From Lama guanicoe (lineage: Eukaryota), in NCBI GenBank assembly GCA_013239625.1, contig PNXV01005372.1:1-38204 (forward strand): DNA of 38,204 bases. Direction: 5' to 3'. The first letter of the stretch is position 1; the number at the start of each line of letters is the position of its first letter. This document shows positions 26,051-36,381 of this stretch, in pieces. Under the pieces are notes generated by a model that saw nothing but the letters and a program-made list of their open reading frames with translations, was not told the origin of the DNA and did not search any database. Both the position numbers and the translations under genes were made by a program.

Positions 26051-26539
26051 CACTCGCGCCACCCTATGAATGCCCACTGGTACGGTCCATTTGAGATGGT
26101 GCACTCCTTCCCATGGGGCTGCTTCCCTTGATAAATACCCCTGGACTCTCCAGGGAGAGTCTGGGGGTGAACTCACTTCAGGTCTCTGCTCAACCATGTG
26201 CTCAGGGTCCACCTTGTTTGAGTGATACCAAAGCCACCAAAGGCAGCAGCCCTGCACACCCTGGCCATGTTTCCACCTCCCCGTCCCAAAGCAGGCTTGT
26301 CGGATGATACTCCCAGTGTCCACTTGGTCAAGTTCTGACTAACCATCTGCCCATAAAAAGAGAAAGTCTAGAAGCAGTTGGTCTAACTAGTATGGTCCAG
26401 CCTCTATTACTCCATGTCCACCAAAAGGCTCATCTAGGATGTACCCTTTAATCTCCAGGACAGTGCCAGACCCAAGGCCAGGCATCTCTTTGTGGGACTG
26501 CACCTCATTCAGGGAAACTCAGGAAACAGGCGTGATGTG

Positions 26540-26819
26540 TCAAATTGTTACTTGCTTGTTGATTTATAGGCTCCAGCCATGCAGACACCCTACTTGTGGG
26601 AGGGAAGAAAGCACCTCCATGACAGGAACAGATAAGGGCAGGGTAGGAAGCCTGCAGCGGGGCAGGGCTGCAGGAGGCTCACTGGCCACCAGAAGTTCCC
26701 CCCACTGGCATTCAGTCACCTGCTGCTTAGAGACAGAACCCTATGGCAGAGCTGGGGGCAGGTGAAGTGAGCCTGGGCACCAGCCAGGTGCTAGAAAGGG
26801 GAGCAGGTACTGGGGGGTG
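26540..26819 (-). other. Candidate terminal (3'UTR) exon of the micropeptide gene
   Basis: Minus-strand pyrimidine tract ending 'cttctgctcccctttctag|' (intron ends 26820; alternative AG at 26791). Variant poly(A) signal TATAAA at 26568-26563 followed by a T/G-rich stretch. Confidence 0.4.
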
Positions 26820-27229
26820 CTAGAAAGGGGAGCAGAAGGGTGTGGGACCAGGGGAAGGGCAGGAGCTTGGGAGAAGGAAAGGGGAGGGGGGTCTCTGGGC
26901 CTTGGGAGGGATATGGGACGGTGGGATGGTGGGGCGAGGGTTCTCAGAGAAAGGGCACTGTGTCTGGAGAAAGCTGCAGGGTTTGAGGTCGGACAGAAAT
27001 GCGGAGTAGTGGTGGAGGGTAGGGAGAAATGAGCGGATTCCTAGGATTGAGGGGAGATGGGGAGAGGGCCTCAGGGCCTCGGGTGGGGGGAGGGTGCTCC
27101 AAGGAGGAGAGCGGGATCTGGGGAAAGGGAGAAGGATCTGGAGAGGGCCGCTTGGTCTTGGGAGGAGCACAGGGTCCTGGGGATTTGGAGAGACCTCCGA
27201 GGGTCCCGGGAAGGCAATGGGGTCCAGGA

Positions 27230-28150
27230 AAGGGATACGGAGTGTAACAGAAGGGCGCGGGGTCCTAGGAAGGGGAGCGGTGTTTGGGGTTAGAGTGCGC
27301 GGAGTGAGAGGTGGGGCTTGAGTTTGGGACGGGGGCACGGAACTGGGGACGGGCACCGGGTCCAGGAAAGGAATTCAAAGTCCAAGGGAAGGGCATGGGG
27401 TCTCCGGAAAAAGCGCGGAGTCCGAGATGGGAGCACCCAGAGTGCGGGGAGGGATATGGAATTGGGAGAGAGGTTGGGGTCCAGGTAAGGAACACACACT
27501 CCATAGGAAGAGCGTGGGGTCCTGGAAAGGGACGCGGATTCCAAGGAGGCAACACAAGGTCTCGGGGGTGGGGACACGGGGTGGGGCCTCAGCGGGCTGA
27601 GGCAGCGCCTTACCTGCTTCAGATGTAGTCGTTGTCCACGTCCCGGCAAATGTACCACAGGATCACATAGAGGATGAGCAGGATAGCGAAGAGGAACAGA
27701 GCCACGAAGATGGCCTTGGTCACCGGGGATACCAGGGCCTGCATGGTCCCGCCGGGAGGGCGCCGCGGGGCCCAGCGGGATGGACAGCGGCAAGAGCGGC
27801 GCGGGCTGCCACCTGCACGCGTGGAGAGGTGCCCTGACAGGGAGGAAACTTCCACCGGCCAGCATTCCCGGCGGCGCCTGCGCACTGCCCAGCACGCCTT
27901 GAACCAAGGGCTTGCCGGGGTCTGGGGAAGACACCAGTTCTCCTCGGACCCCCAGCGCGCGACTCGTTCCGTGGGGTGCAGCCGGGAGGTTCTGCCCTTG
28001 ACGAGTCGGAATCAAAGAGCTTAGGGCTGAGAGAGAACAGTCAGGCGCTGCGGGGCACCTGCAGAGAGGACCCGGGGTCTGCTTGAGGACCCTAGACTGG
28101 GGAGAGGTGGGGGGTCTCACCCACGTTCCCAAGGGCGTCCCTAAAAGACG
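27230..28150. promoter_or_regulatory. CpG island covering the micropeptide exon and its probable promoter/5'UTR
   Basis: High GC and dense CpG (e.g. 27745-27970), unlike the rest of the window. Confidence 0.8.
27619..27744 (-). CDS. 41-aa single-pass membrane micropeptide MQALVSPVTKAIFVALFLFAILLILYVILWYICRDVDNDYI (small integral membrane protein-like; gene not recognised)
   Basis: Kozak gggACCATGc; 36 of 41 codons end in G/C; 23 uncharged residues (A11-C33) bounded by K10 and R34; TGA followed by AGCAG|GTAAGG consensus donor (intron starts 27613); lies in a CpG island and in non-repeat DNA. Confidence 0.75.
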   Translation of the reverse strand: MQALVSPVTKAIFVALFLFAILLILYVILWYICRDVDNDYI

Positions 28151-28533
28151 ACTCCAGTCATCTGTTTATCGCTTTGAGGAAGAACATATGGGGGAGGCCA
28201 TAAGCTAGCCCCACCGCACTTCCACCCCCTGCCCAGCACTACACACTGACATTTTCCTGCACACAGTGACCGGTTCCAGTGCTGTTCCTATCCTTTGGTG
28301 AATCTTTAAGGAGGGAGGAGCCAAAAAAGTGGACGGGACTGGGGCCAGGACTGCTTGATCAAATCCCACACCTTCTCAAGGACCACCAGGGTGCGCCCAG
28401 CATCTGCCTGGAGGGAGCCCAAGGCTGCTTTCTCTCCACTGCACACCCCGCCCTCCTCTGGAAGAACATAAAGTGGCTTCGTCTGGGGTCAGTTGTCACC
28501 AGCCTGACTTCTTTCCTCCACTCTATTGTCCAC

Positions 28534-28668
28534 CAGTGGTTCTGGACCTGCAGCATCCGCATCACCTGGGGGCAGGTTAGAAACGCAGGAACCCAGGACC
28601 TCCCCCCCGACCCCACCTCTCAGCCGGACAGAGGGAGAATCTGCATATCAACAAGATCCCCAGGTGAG
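28534..28668. mobile_element. MER5A-like hAT remnant
   Basis: 'cagtggttct…cagcatccgcatcacctggg…gttagaaacgcag…gaatctgcatatcaacaagatccccaggtga'. Confidence 0.75.
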
Positions 28669-30499
28669 GGGGCGAGGCAAGTTACCACGTGCTCATGGGC
28701 CCTGGTGGTGCTTTGCTCCTCTGCTTTCTGTAGTCTGTGACTAGCTGAATGCAGCAGGGTCCTTGTGTCTTCAACAGGCAGGAGTAATCAGGCCGGATTT
28801 CCTGAGTGGAGACTGAGTTACTGAGCACACCCCACATGGCGAGAGCTGTTCTCCATTCCTTATTAGCATAATTTTATTCACTCTTAGGGAGAAACTTTTT
28901 CATGACTGAATAGCAAGGATCTCGGAGGAAAATTGTTCTTACTAGTTTAAAGGAAAAAGGAAGTTAAAACTTCTATTCTGTCCCCAGCCCAGTCCCCAGA
29001 ACTCTGTTCTTGGACTTCAGCTCTCCAGGGTGTTTCTCAGGTGGAGACAGGTAAATAAGTAGTGATTTCACTGCTCTGCACATCAACCCTGTGGTCTAGC
29101 CTATTCTAGTGGGAGGAAGAAATGGTGTTTCACAAACAGGGCTGTCAGAAAATGTGACTGCCAGATTTGAAGACATGGGTTGCCCAGACCAGATCATCTT
29201 TCGCTCCCACAGCTGCCAACATAAGATTTACCAGCAACTGTCAGGAAAACACTATTGTTGGAAGGACTAAAGCCACCTCCAGTTTGACAGATGTCATACG
29301 TGATTTCTAAATTGTGAGGGTGAATATCTCTGAACAGGCTTAGCTCAGCTCATCAAGGAGTGTTTCTCCTCTGTCTTTGCTGCCAAGTTCCTTCATTTCT
29401 CTTTACTTTTCTGAGTTAGTTTACCATGATTTTCTGTATTGAATCTTTTCCTGTTGTGATAGCAACTTTCCTTCTTCAACATCAGGCCAGGCCGCTGGAG
29501 CAATCCAATTTGTCAAATACTAAGCACCTACTGTGTACAGGGTACCAAAGGGATATGTCAGGCAAGGCAGCAATCAGTGAGGCAGAACCCAGGATGAGAG
29601 TCCAGTGGAGTCTATAGAACAGCGTGCAAGCACGTAGGGCAGAAGCAGGTGTGGTGTTTTCCTACTCAGATCTGAACCAGGGGTTCAGATGAGAGATGAA
29701 AGAGGGGGATTAGCTATGAATGGCAGAATGGGAGAAGGCTTCATGGAAGAGGTAACAATAGGAGACAGAGGGGAAGGTCACCACATGTGGAGGAAATGTC
29801 AGAGCAAAAACATAAAAGTGGTGAAGGGTGGTCCTGTCTGAGAAGTCCTGATAGGGTCATTCTGTGGCCAGAAGAGAAGGAGTGTAGCACAGGGTAGGGC
29901 AAAAGGATCACGCAAATGCAGATGCTGGCAGGGACAAGGTGGGTGATAAAAATGAATGAAGCTGCACAGCTCCAGCAGAAACACTGACCCATTATATATA
30001 GGGGCCAAGTGTTGTCAGTACTTTTAATTTTTTAAAAAGATTAAGCCATAAGTCAAGATTTTGATGTGGCATCTCCCCATTTTAAATAATGGTGACCATT
30101 GTGGAAATGATAAAAGCATCCAATCCTTTTCATCTCCCATACTGGCATATCCCTTCCCTGTTTCCCCACATAGGACTCCCTCTTCTTTTCCTTGCTCCCC
30201 CCTCCAGGGGCCATGCAGCACCCCGCAGAGGTGGTACTTGTGGATAATAGATGGTGGATGGGAAGGGGTGAAAGGAGGACAAAGGAAGAGTGACTCCTCA
30301 CCCCCTCCCATTTCTAAAGCTCTAGGAAAATAGATGCAGCCATTAAGCCTGGGAAAGAGAAAAACGCAAGGGTAATTGAACTACCAAGTACAGTTGCTCC
30401 CCAGACAAGCAAGGGATAAGTTCTCAGCAGCCGCTCTCTTCTTCTCTACCAATCAGAAATACCACCCACAAGGCCAAGATGAACAATTGACTTAGCAAT

Positions 30500-31622
30500 T
30501 TTATTGACATATATTTTACATATCAGAAAATTTGCTCTTCACTCATTTTAAGTGTATAATTCAATGCATCGTAGTATGAAGTGTGATGTTTTCTGTAAGT
30601 TTTTTATAGATGTCCTTATCAGGTTGAGGAAGTTTTCTTCTATTCCTAGTTCACTGAATTTTTTTTAGTCATAAAAGGGTGTTGGATTTCACCAAATGCT
30701 TTTTCTGTAGCTATTGAGGTAATCATGTGGTTTTTGTCCTTTATTCTATTAATATAATACATTACATTAATTGATTTTTCAGATGTTAAAACAACTGCAT
30801 ACCTGAGATAAATCCAGCTTGGCCATGGTATATAATTCTTTTTATATGGTCCTAGATTCAGTTGCTTAGGATATTGTTGAGGATTTTTATATTTTGTCAA
30901 GAAGAATATTGGTGTGTTGTCTTTCCTTGTGATGATTTTATTTGGTTTGGGTATGTAGTACTGATCTCATAGAATGACCTGAGAAGTGTTCCCTGCTCTA
31001 GATTAATATTTGGAAGAGTTTGTGAGGATTGGTGTTAATTCTTATTTAAATGTGTGGTAGAATTCACCAGTAGAGCCATTTGAACGTGGGCTTTTCTTTG
31101 TGGAAAGTTTACTTGCTCATTCAAAATCTTTACTTTTAAAAGTTATATTTAGATTTTCTATTTCTTCTTTTTTATATAGTTTTAAATGTGTTTATTGATA
31201 TATAATTCATATAGCATACAATTCATCCATTTAAAGTGTAAAATTCAATCAGTTTTAGTGTTATCTGGTGAATCATACAAGCATAACCACAATCAACTTT
31301 AGAAATTTTTCATCACACCAATAACAACCAGAGTGGATGAACATTAAGACACTCTCTATCCACCACCACCTCCCTCCACCCCACCCCAGCCTTAGGCAAC
31401 TATTAATCTTCTTTCCTTTATTTATAGATTTCCCTATTCTGGACATTCCATATAAATGGAATCATATCTTTTGTGATTGACTTCCTTAGCATAATGCTTT
31501 TGAGGTTCACCCACATTTTTTGTCTTTTGTTGTTCATGCATTTGTTGTCATATCTAAGAACCCACTTCTGAAATCCAAGATCATGAAAATGTACCTCTGT
31601 GTTTTCTTCTGAGAATTTTAAT
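30500..31622 (-). mobile_element. Cluster of old L1M fragments (ORF2 RT region ~30575-31170; 3'UTR pieces ~30500-30575 and ~31180-31515)
   Basis: ORF 30646-30900 (…INRIKDKNHMITSIATEKAFGEIQHPFM) is L1 RT; 'tttattgatatataattcatatagcatacaattcatccatttaaagtgta' is an L1MB-like 3' end. Confidence 0.8.
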
Positions 31623-32499
31623 AGCTCAGGTCTTGAAATTGATCAAGGAACTGTGACTCTCCATTTCTATGATTCAGATTAGACTTTTGTTCACTTGACC
31701 TAGAACATTTCTGCTTATACAGATAAAATAAGAATTATTGGGCTTCCTGTATCTCTTTTACTTCTAGGAACATCATGAACAACTAGACAAAACCATAGAT
31801 CTACACAAGTCAGACTATTCTGATTGGTGCTTTAATTCTGCTGTCCATTACTGTAACCAGGCCCATTTTACCTTTGGCGATTGTGTGCTGCCACTTGGCT
31901 CCTGCCATCCTGGGATCCTATTATTCCCACTGCATTTAGGTTTCCCAGTTCAGTGACAGTAGTTCCTACTGTGAGTCCTGTCCTGCAGAGAAGGGCAATC
32001 ACAGAATTCTTCAAGGATGCTGGGGGTCCCCTCACAAGTCTATTTTTTGTAGTATTGGTGAAATGTATGTCTTCTGGACCCTCCCAGTATGGATGAACAG
32101 GTCTTAAACGACAAATCCACACTAACACTCAAATCTCCCTAAACCTCTGAATGCCTTCCACTATATTAAACCAAGGCAGGTCTGACATTTCCAACTCACT
32201 CACTGTGGGCCAACTTTTGGTCCATGTTTCTGCCAATCAACCAGCCAAACAACTAACAACCTTTTCTAACTTCCGGAGCTGCAATATTAAATGCAGAATT
32301 TATGTTTAATGAGTAATTTTGGTCTGATCTAACTTCATGTGGGGAGACCGCTTTTTCTGGAAATTGGGAGGCTGCTTCCACTGAGGGTGGGGAGAATTCT
32401 TCCACTGGCAAAGATGACTCACCAGACTTTATGCGCTCAATGTCCCCAGCTTCATCAGGGTCTTCCCACACATCTCTAGTCTAATTTACAGGATCCCAT

Positions 32500-33160
32500 T
32501 GTTAGAGCAGGCAAATAGCTAGATATGAGCAGAGAAAGGGGGACACAGACCAAATGACAGGAACTGGGCAGAAAGGAGGGGCACAGGCCAAATGCAGGAA
32601 ACTACACATCATGTAAGCAGCAGGGATCCCTGGGCAGAGAAAGAAAAGCTGGAATCTTTGGGCTGATAAGGGGCCACACCTTTTGGCCTGGAGACCAACA
32701 AAGAAAGGTCAGAAAAGGCAGGAATTTTCCGTGTCCGAATGTACCTTTTACTCATTATGCCCTCATTTCAATAAAATTAGCCTTGCAAATCAGAAGTACC
32801 CATCATGCACCGATGCTATGACACTCCGATCCAGACTAAATAAGGACAAAAATTCCTCCTCCCTTTGGGAAGGTGGAGTTGGGATGATAATCAGGGAATA
32901 CGACCCTAAACCCTTCCCTCCCCAATGAATATTCCGCCCATTCATTTTTACACCCTATGTAACTAACTTGCCAAAGAAACTCAGGGCAGCCACTCACCTG
33001 AGCCTGCCCGCTCTCCCCTGAGAGTGTACTATCCTTTAATAAATCCTCACTTTACCTTTTTAACCTCTAAGTCTTGTCTCTGAATTCTTTCTGGGACAGG
33101 ACAAGAACCTGGAACACCAGGGAGAAGAACCTGGAACACCAGTTGCATCTATTGGCAACA
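32500..33160 (+). mobile_element. Solo ERV LTR A (ERV1-like)
   Basis: TGTT…AACA termini; 4-bp TSD CCAT (32496-32499 / 33161-33164); AATAAA at 33038-33043; internal 18-bp direct repeat aagaacctggaacaccag (33103, 33125). Confidence 0.9.
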
Positions 33161-33352
33161 CCATTCTTTCCCAGTCAATGCCCTCACTCTAACAGTAAAC
33201 ATTCTGGAGACTGAGTTCAATTTCTATTGTAATTCAGCCATTTGTAGGATGAGCTTTTCCATTTGATTTTTAGCAATCTCAGCCCTGTATGCACAAGAAA
33301 TAAGTGTTTCCTTAGGGGTACACATAGATTCCTTTAGCTCTTTTATTTAAAC

Positions 33353-33836
33353 TGTCGACTGAAATAAATGCGCAGCCTTAGTTGAGAGTTATGTTTTACT
33401 TGGTGGGAAGACATGAGCTGGGATGACAGCCTCTCAGATCGCTCTGAGGAACTGCACCAAAGACGTAGGGGAAGAGCTAGGATATATAGGAGCTTTACAA
33501 CAAAGACCAGATAGTTGGAACAATAAAAGATTATTTCTTATCTAAAGAAAACCAGGCATCTCAAGTTAAAGAATTTAGTGCTTAGTGCTTTTCTATATAT
33601 GGGAGGAAGCAAACATTTGGGCTCATTGAATTCATTCCTTTGACAAGCATGTAGCTATCTAGGGCCAGTATCTTGTCCTTTATTATTCTGAGTCTCCTCA
33701 GAGTGCACCATTGTGAGTGGCTGCAGAGGCCAAGCTGCGGGCTTGTCTTCACTGGGGGGTGGCGGCAGTCACTGATGACTTGATGGTTTTAGCATACTTT
33801 GTTTACTGATATGGTTTGCAGTATTTTTCGTTCACA
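33353..33836 (-). mobile_element. Solo ERV LTR B1
   Basis: TGT…ACA termini; 4-bp TSD AAAC (33349-33352 / 33837-33840); TATA-like and AGTAAA signals in order on the minus strand. Confidence 0.9.
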
Positions 33837-34183
33837 AAACTGAGATAATCCCTTTCTTTCACCACTCTTTCCAGCTACATTGGGAGCAACCAGAAATCTC
33901 ATTATATTTATGTGTTCCAAAAATGTTCCAAAGTTTCATATACAGCCACTGAGCACCTTGCATCCAGCACCTGTAAGTGGTTGACTAGGAGTATTCGATG
34001 CAGGTATTTTGCGTATCTCTGTTGCCATGGACTATCAGTGCTCTATTACAGTCATTAGCAGCTTTAAATCTAATCAGATTAGAGAGCTAATTCTAGAAAT
34101 TACAGAACCAATTCAGAACACTCATTCTTAACTTCCTGTTCCTCTAGAAGCATTCTTGGTACCATGATTTGTAATAGTCATGG

Positions 34184-34605
34184 TGTTAAGGAAATGACAG
34201 GCCAGTCAAGAAACAAGCACCACTCGGAGGGTTGGAGTACTCAGATGTATTACGCCGGAGGGCTCAGAGGGGCTTCTGCTCTGAAGCTCTGAGCACCTTT
34301 AAGATGTGCACATGAGGTTTTATAGGGTAAAGTACAAGCTTGGGGTATTCGGCCAATAGGCATGGAACAGCTTTAGCAGCATTATCATCACAAATGTGGA
34401 GGCGGGGAGGCAGCAAACCAACATTCCAAAGCCAGATATGTAAAGCCAGATACTTTGAAAATCCAGCTGGCTAGCAAAAACACATAAACAGCAAACCAAC
34501 ACTAATTAACCTAGATTTACAAGTTAGTCTAGCAGAACTCAGATCAGTATTCCAATACTTAGATTAGTGAGTTATCTTGTTAGACCAGCCAGCTTTTCCT
34601 TCACA
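34184..34605 (-). mobile_element. Solo ERV LTR C
   Basis: TGT…ACA termini; 4-bp TSD ATGG (34180-34183 / 34606-34609); CTATAAAA on the minus strand near 34318-34325. Confidence 0.9.
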
Positions 34606-34643
34606 ATGGTTCTCCAGAGAAACAGAACTAATAAGATGCACAT

Positions 34644-35081
34644 TTTTGATTGAAATAAATGCGCAGCCTTAGTTGAGAGTTATGTTTTACTTGGCAAGAG
34701 GACTTGAGCTGGGATGACAGCCTCTCAGATCTCTCTGAGGGACTGCTCCGAAGAGGTAGGGGAGGAGCTAGGATATATGGGAGCTTTACAACAAAGACCA
34801 GGTAGTTAGAACAATAAAAGGTTACTTGTTATCTAAAGAAAACTGGGTATCTCAAGTTAAAGAATTTAGTGCTTTTCTATGTATGGGAGGAAGCAAATAT
34901 TTGGGCTCATTGAATTCATTCCTTCGACAAGCATCTAGCTATCTAGGGCCAGCATCTTGTCCTTCATTATACTGAGTCCCCTCAGAGTGCACCATTGTGG
35001 CTGCAGAGCCTGGGCCGCTGATGACTTGATGGTTTCAGCATTCTTTGTTTACTGATATGGTTTGCAGTATTCTTCATTCAC

Positions 35082-35082
<1 letters not shown>
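34644..35082 (-). mobile_element. Solo ERV LTR B2 (same family as 33353-33836)
   Basis: Colinear, high similarity to B1 with an internal deletion near 35005; imperfect TSD ACAT/ACAC; inserted into the MLT2 dinucleotide tract. Confidence 0.88.
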
Positions 35083-35116
<34 letters not shown>

Positions 35117-35829
35117 ATAATTTATTATAAAGTATTGGCTCACATGATTGTGGAAGCTGAGAAATCCTAGGATCTACAGTCAACAAGAGAACCAGGGGAG
35201 CCAACTGTGTAAATTTCAGTCTAAATGTGACTCCAAAGGCAGGAGAAGACCTATGTCAGAAGACAGGCATAGTGTCTCCCTTACTCTGCATTTTCATTCT
35301 ACTCAGGCTTTCAGTGAATTGGATAAGGCCCACCCACATGAGGAAGGACAATCTGCTTTATGCAGTCTACCAATTCAGATGTTAATCTCATGCAGAAACA
35401 CCCTCAGAGACACACCTAGATAATGTCTAGCCAGCTATTTGGGCACCCCAGTGGCCCAGCAAGTTGACAAATAAAATTAGCCATCACATTTAGTAAGTTC
35501 AGTGGTTGTGCTTCCTCAGAAAGAGTCTCCATTAATTATTCTGTGAATGGGCCATAGTCTCTTGTTTCTTTGCATGTCTTATAATATTTTGTTCAAAACT
35601 GTACATTTGAACATTAAAATATGATAATTCTGGAATTAAGATTCTTCCATATTCAAGTTTTTAATGTGTTTATTTGGTTTTTGTGAGCTATATCTGTTTA
35701 TCTAGTGACTTCTAAGTTATTTTTGTATATTCTATATTCTTGTTATGTAAGTTCTCTGAAGTCTATTTCTTTAGTTTCTGTTCAGCTAGTGTTTTGTGAC
35801 AGACATTTCCTTCAAGGCCAGGAGCCAGA

Positions 35830-36022
35830 TAAAAGAAAAGAAAAGAAAAGATAAATGAGAGCTAGAAAAGAGAACAAAGGAAGGAAGGAAGGAAGGAAGG
35901 AAGGAAGGAAGGAAGGAAGGAAGGAAGGAAGGAAGGAAGGAAGGAAGGAAGGAAGGAAGGAAGGAAGGAAGGAAGGAAGGAAGGAAGGAAGGAAGGAAGG
36001 AAGGAAGGAAGGAAGGAAGGAA

Positions 36023-36056
<34 letters not shown>

Positions 36057-36137
36057 AGGAAAGAAAAGGAAAGGAAAGGAAAGGAAAGGAAAGGAAAGGA
36101 AAGGAAAAGAGAGGAAAGAAAAAAAGGAAAGGAAAGG
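35830..36137. repeat. Compound polypurine microsatellite with an uninterrupted (AAGG)37 core (35877-36024), then (GAAA)n and (GGAAA)n
   Basis: Read directly; explains the low-complexity ORFs in the track. Confidence 0.97.
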
Positions 36138-36144
36138 TAAGATC

Positions 36145-36381
36145 TTCAAACATCTCTCTCCTTGTCTTCACATGTCCCTTTCCTCCTCTATTTGTCTCAA
36201 ATATTCTTCTGGCAAAGATACATGTGATTGAACTTAGAGCCCACTTAGATAATTAAGGATAATCTTTTCATCTCAAGATTCATTAATATCTGCAAAGAAT
36301 TTGATGTTATAAGACAGTATTCATAGGTTCCAGGGTTTAGGATATTGGTACATTTGGGGAGATATTTTTCAGCCTAACACA
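36145..36381. mobile_element. MaLR (MLT1-type) LTR fragment
   Basis: 'gtgattgaacttagagcccacttagataattaaggataatcttttcatctcaagatt…tctgcaaag…ttcataggttccagggtttagg…ttcagcctaacaca'. Confidence 0.75.

Larger units (their letters stand above)
31623..34169 (-). mobile_element. ERVL (HERV-L-like) internal remnant: leader plus decayed gag, interrupted by two solo LTRs
   Basis: ORF 31868-32128 (WEGPEDIHFTN…LVRGPPASLKNSVIALLC…LGNLNAVGIIGSQDGRSQVAA) and 32253-32471 (WEDPDEAGDIE) match ERVL Gag as I recall it. Leader 'tggtaccaagaatgcttctagaggaacag' directly follows the MLT2 LTR. Confidence 0.88.
34170..35488 (-). mobile_element. MLT2 (ERVL) 5' LTR, split by two younger solo LTRs and a (CA)n tract
   Basis: Minus strand begins tgtgatggctaattttatttgtcaacttgctgggccactggggtgcccaaat; the other end 'tgtaatagtcatgg…ttctccagagaaacagaac' rejoins once the insertions are removed. 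Confidence 0.9.

Noticed and set aside
27619..27885. 88-aa version of the micropeptide ORF in the track
   Set aside because: Starts at a non-ATG codon. The extension is Arg/Pro-rich CpG-island read-through and crosses a probable acceptor at 27813; the first ATG is at 27744.
26817..28132. Long overlapping ORFs (178, 280, 105, 116 aa)
   Set aside because: Pro/Gly/Arg-rich, present on both strands, mostly non-ATG starts; expected from stop-codon scarcity in GC-rich DNA.
31868..32471. Domesticated Gag gene (Fv1-like)
   Set aside because: Gag is broken into short frames and split by LTR insertions; no intact ORF.
35812..36256. RKEG / PSFL repeat proteins
   Set aside because: Translations of the microsatellite.
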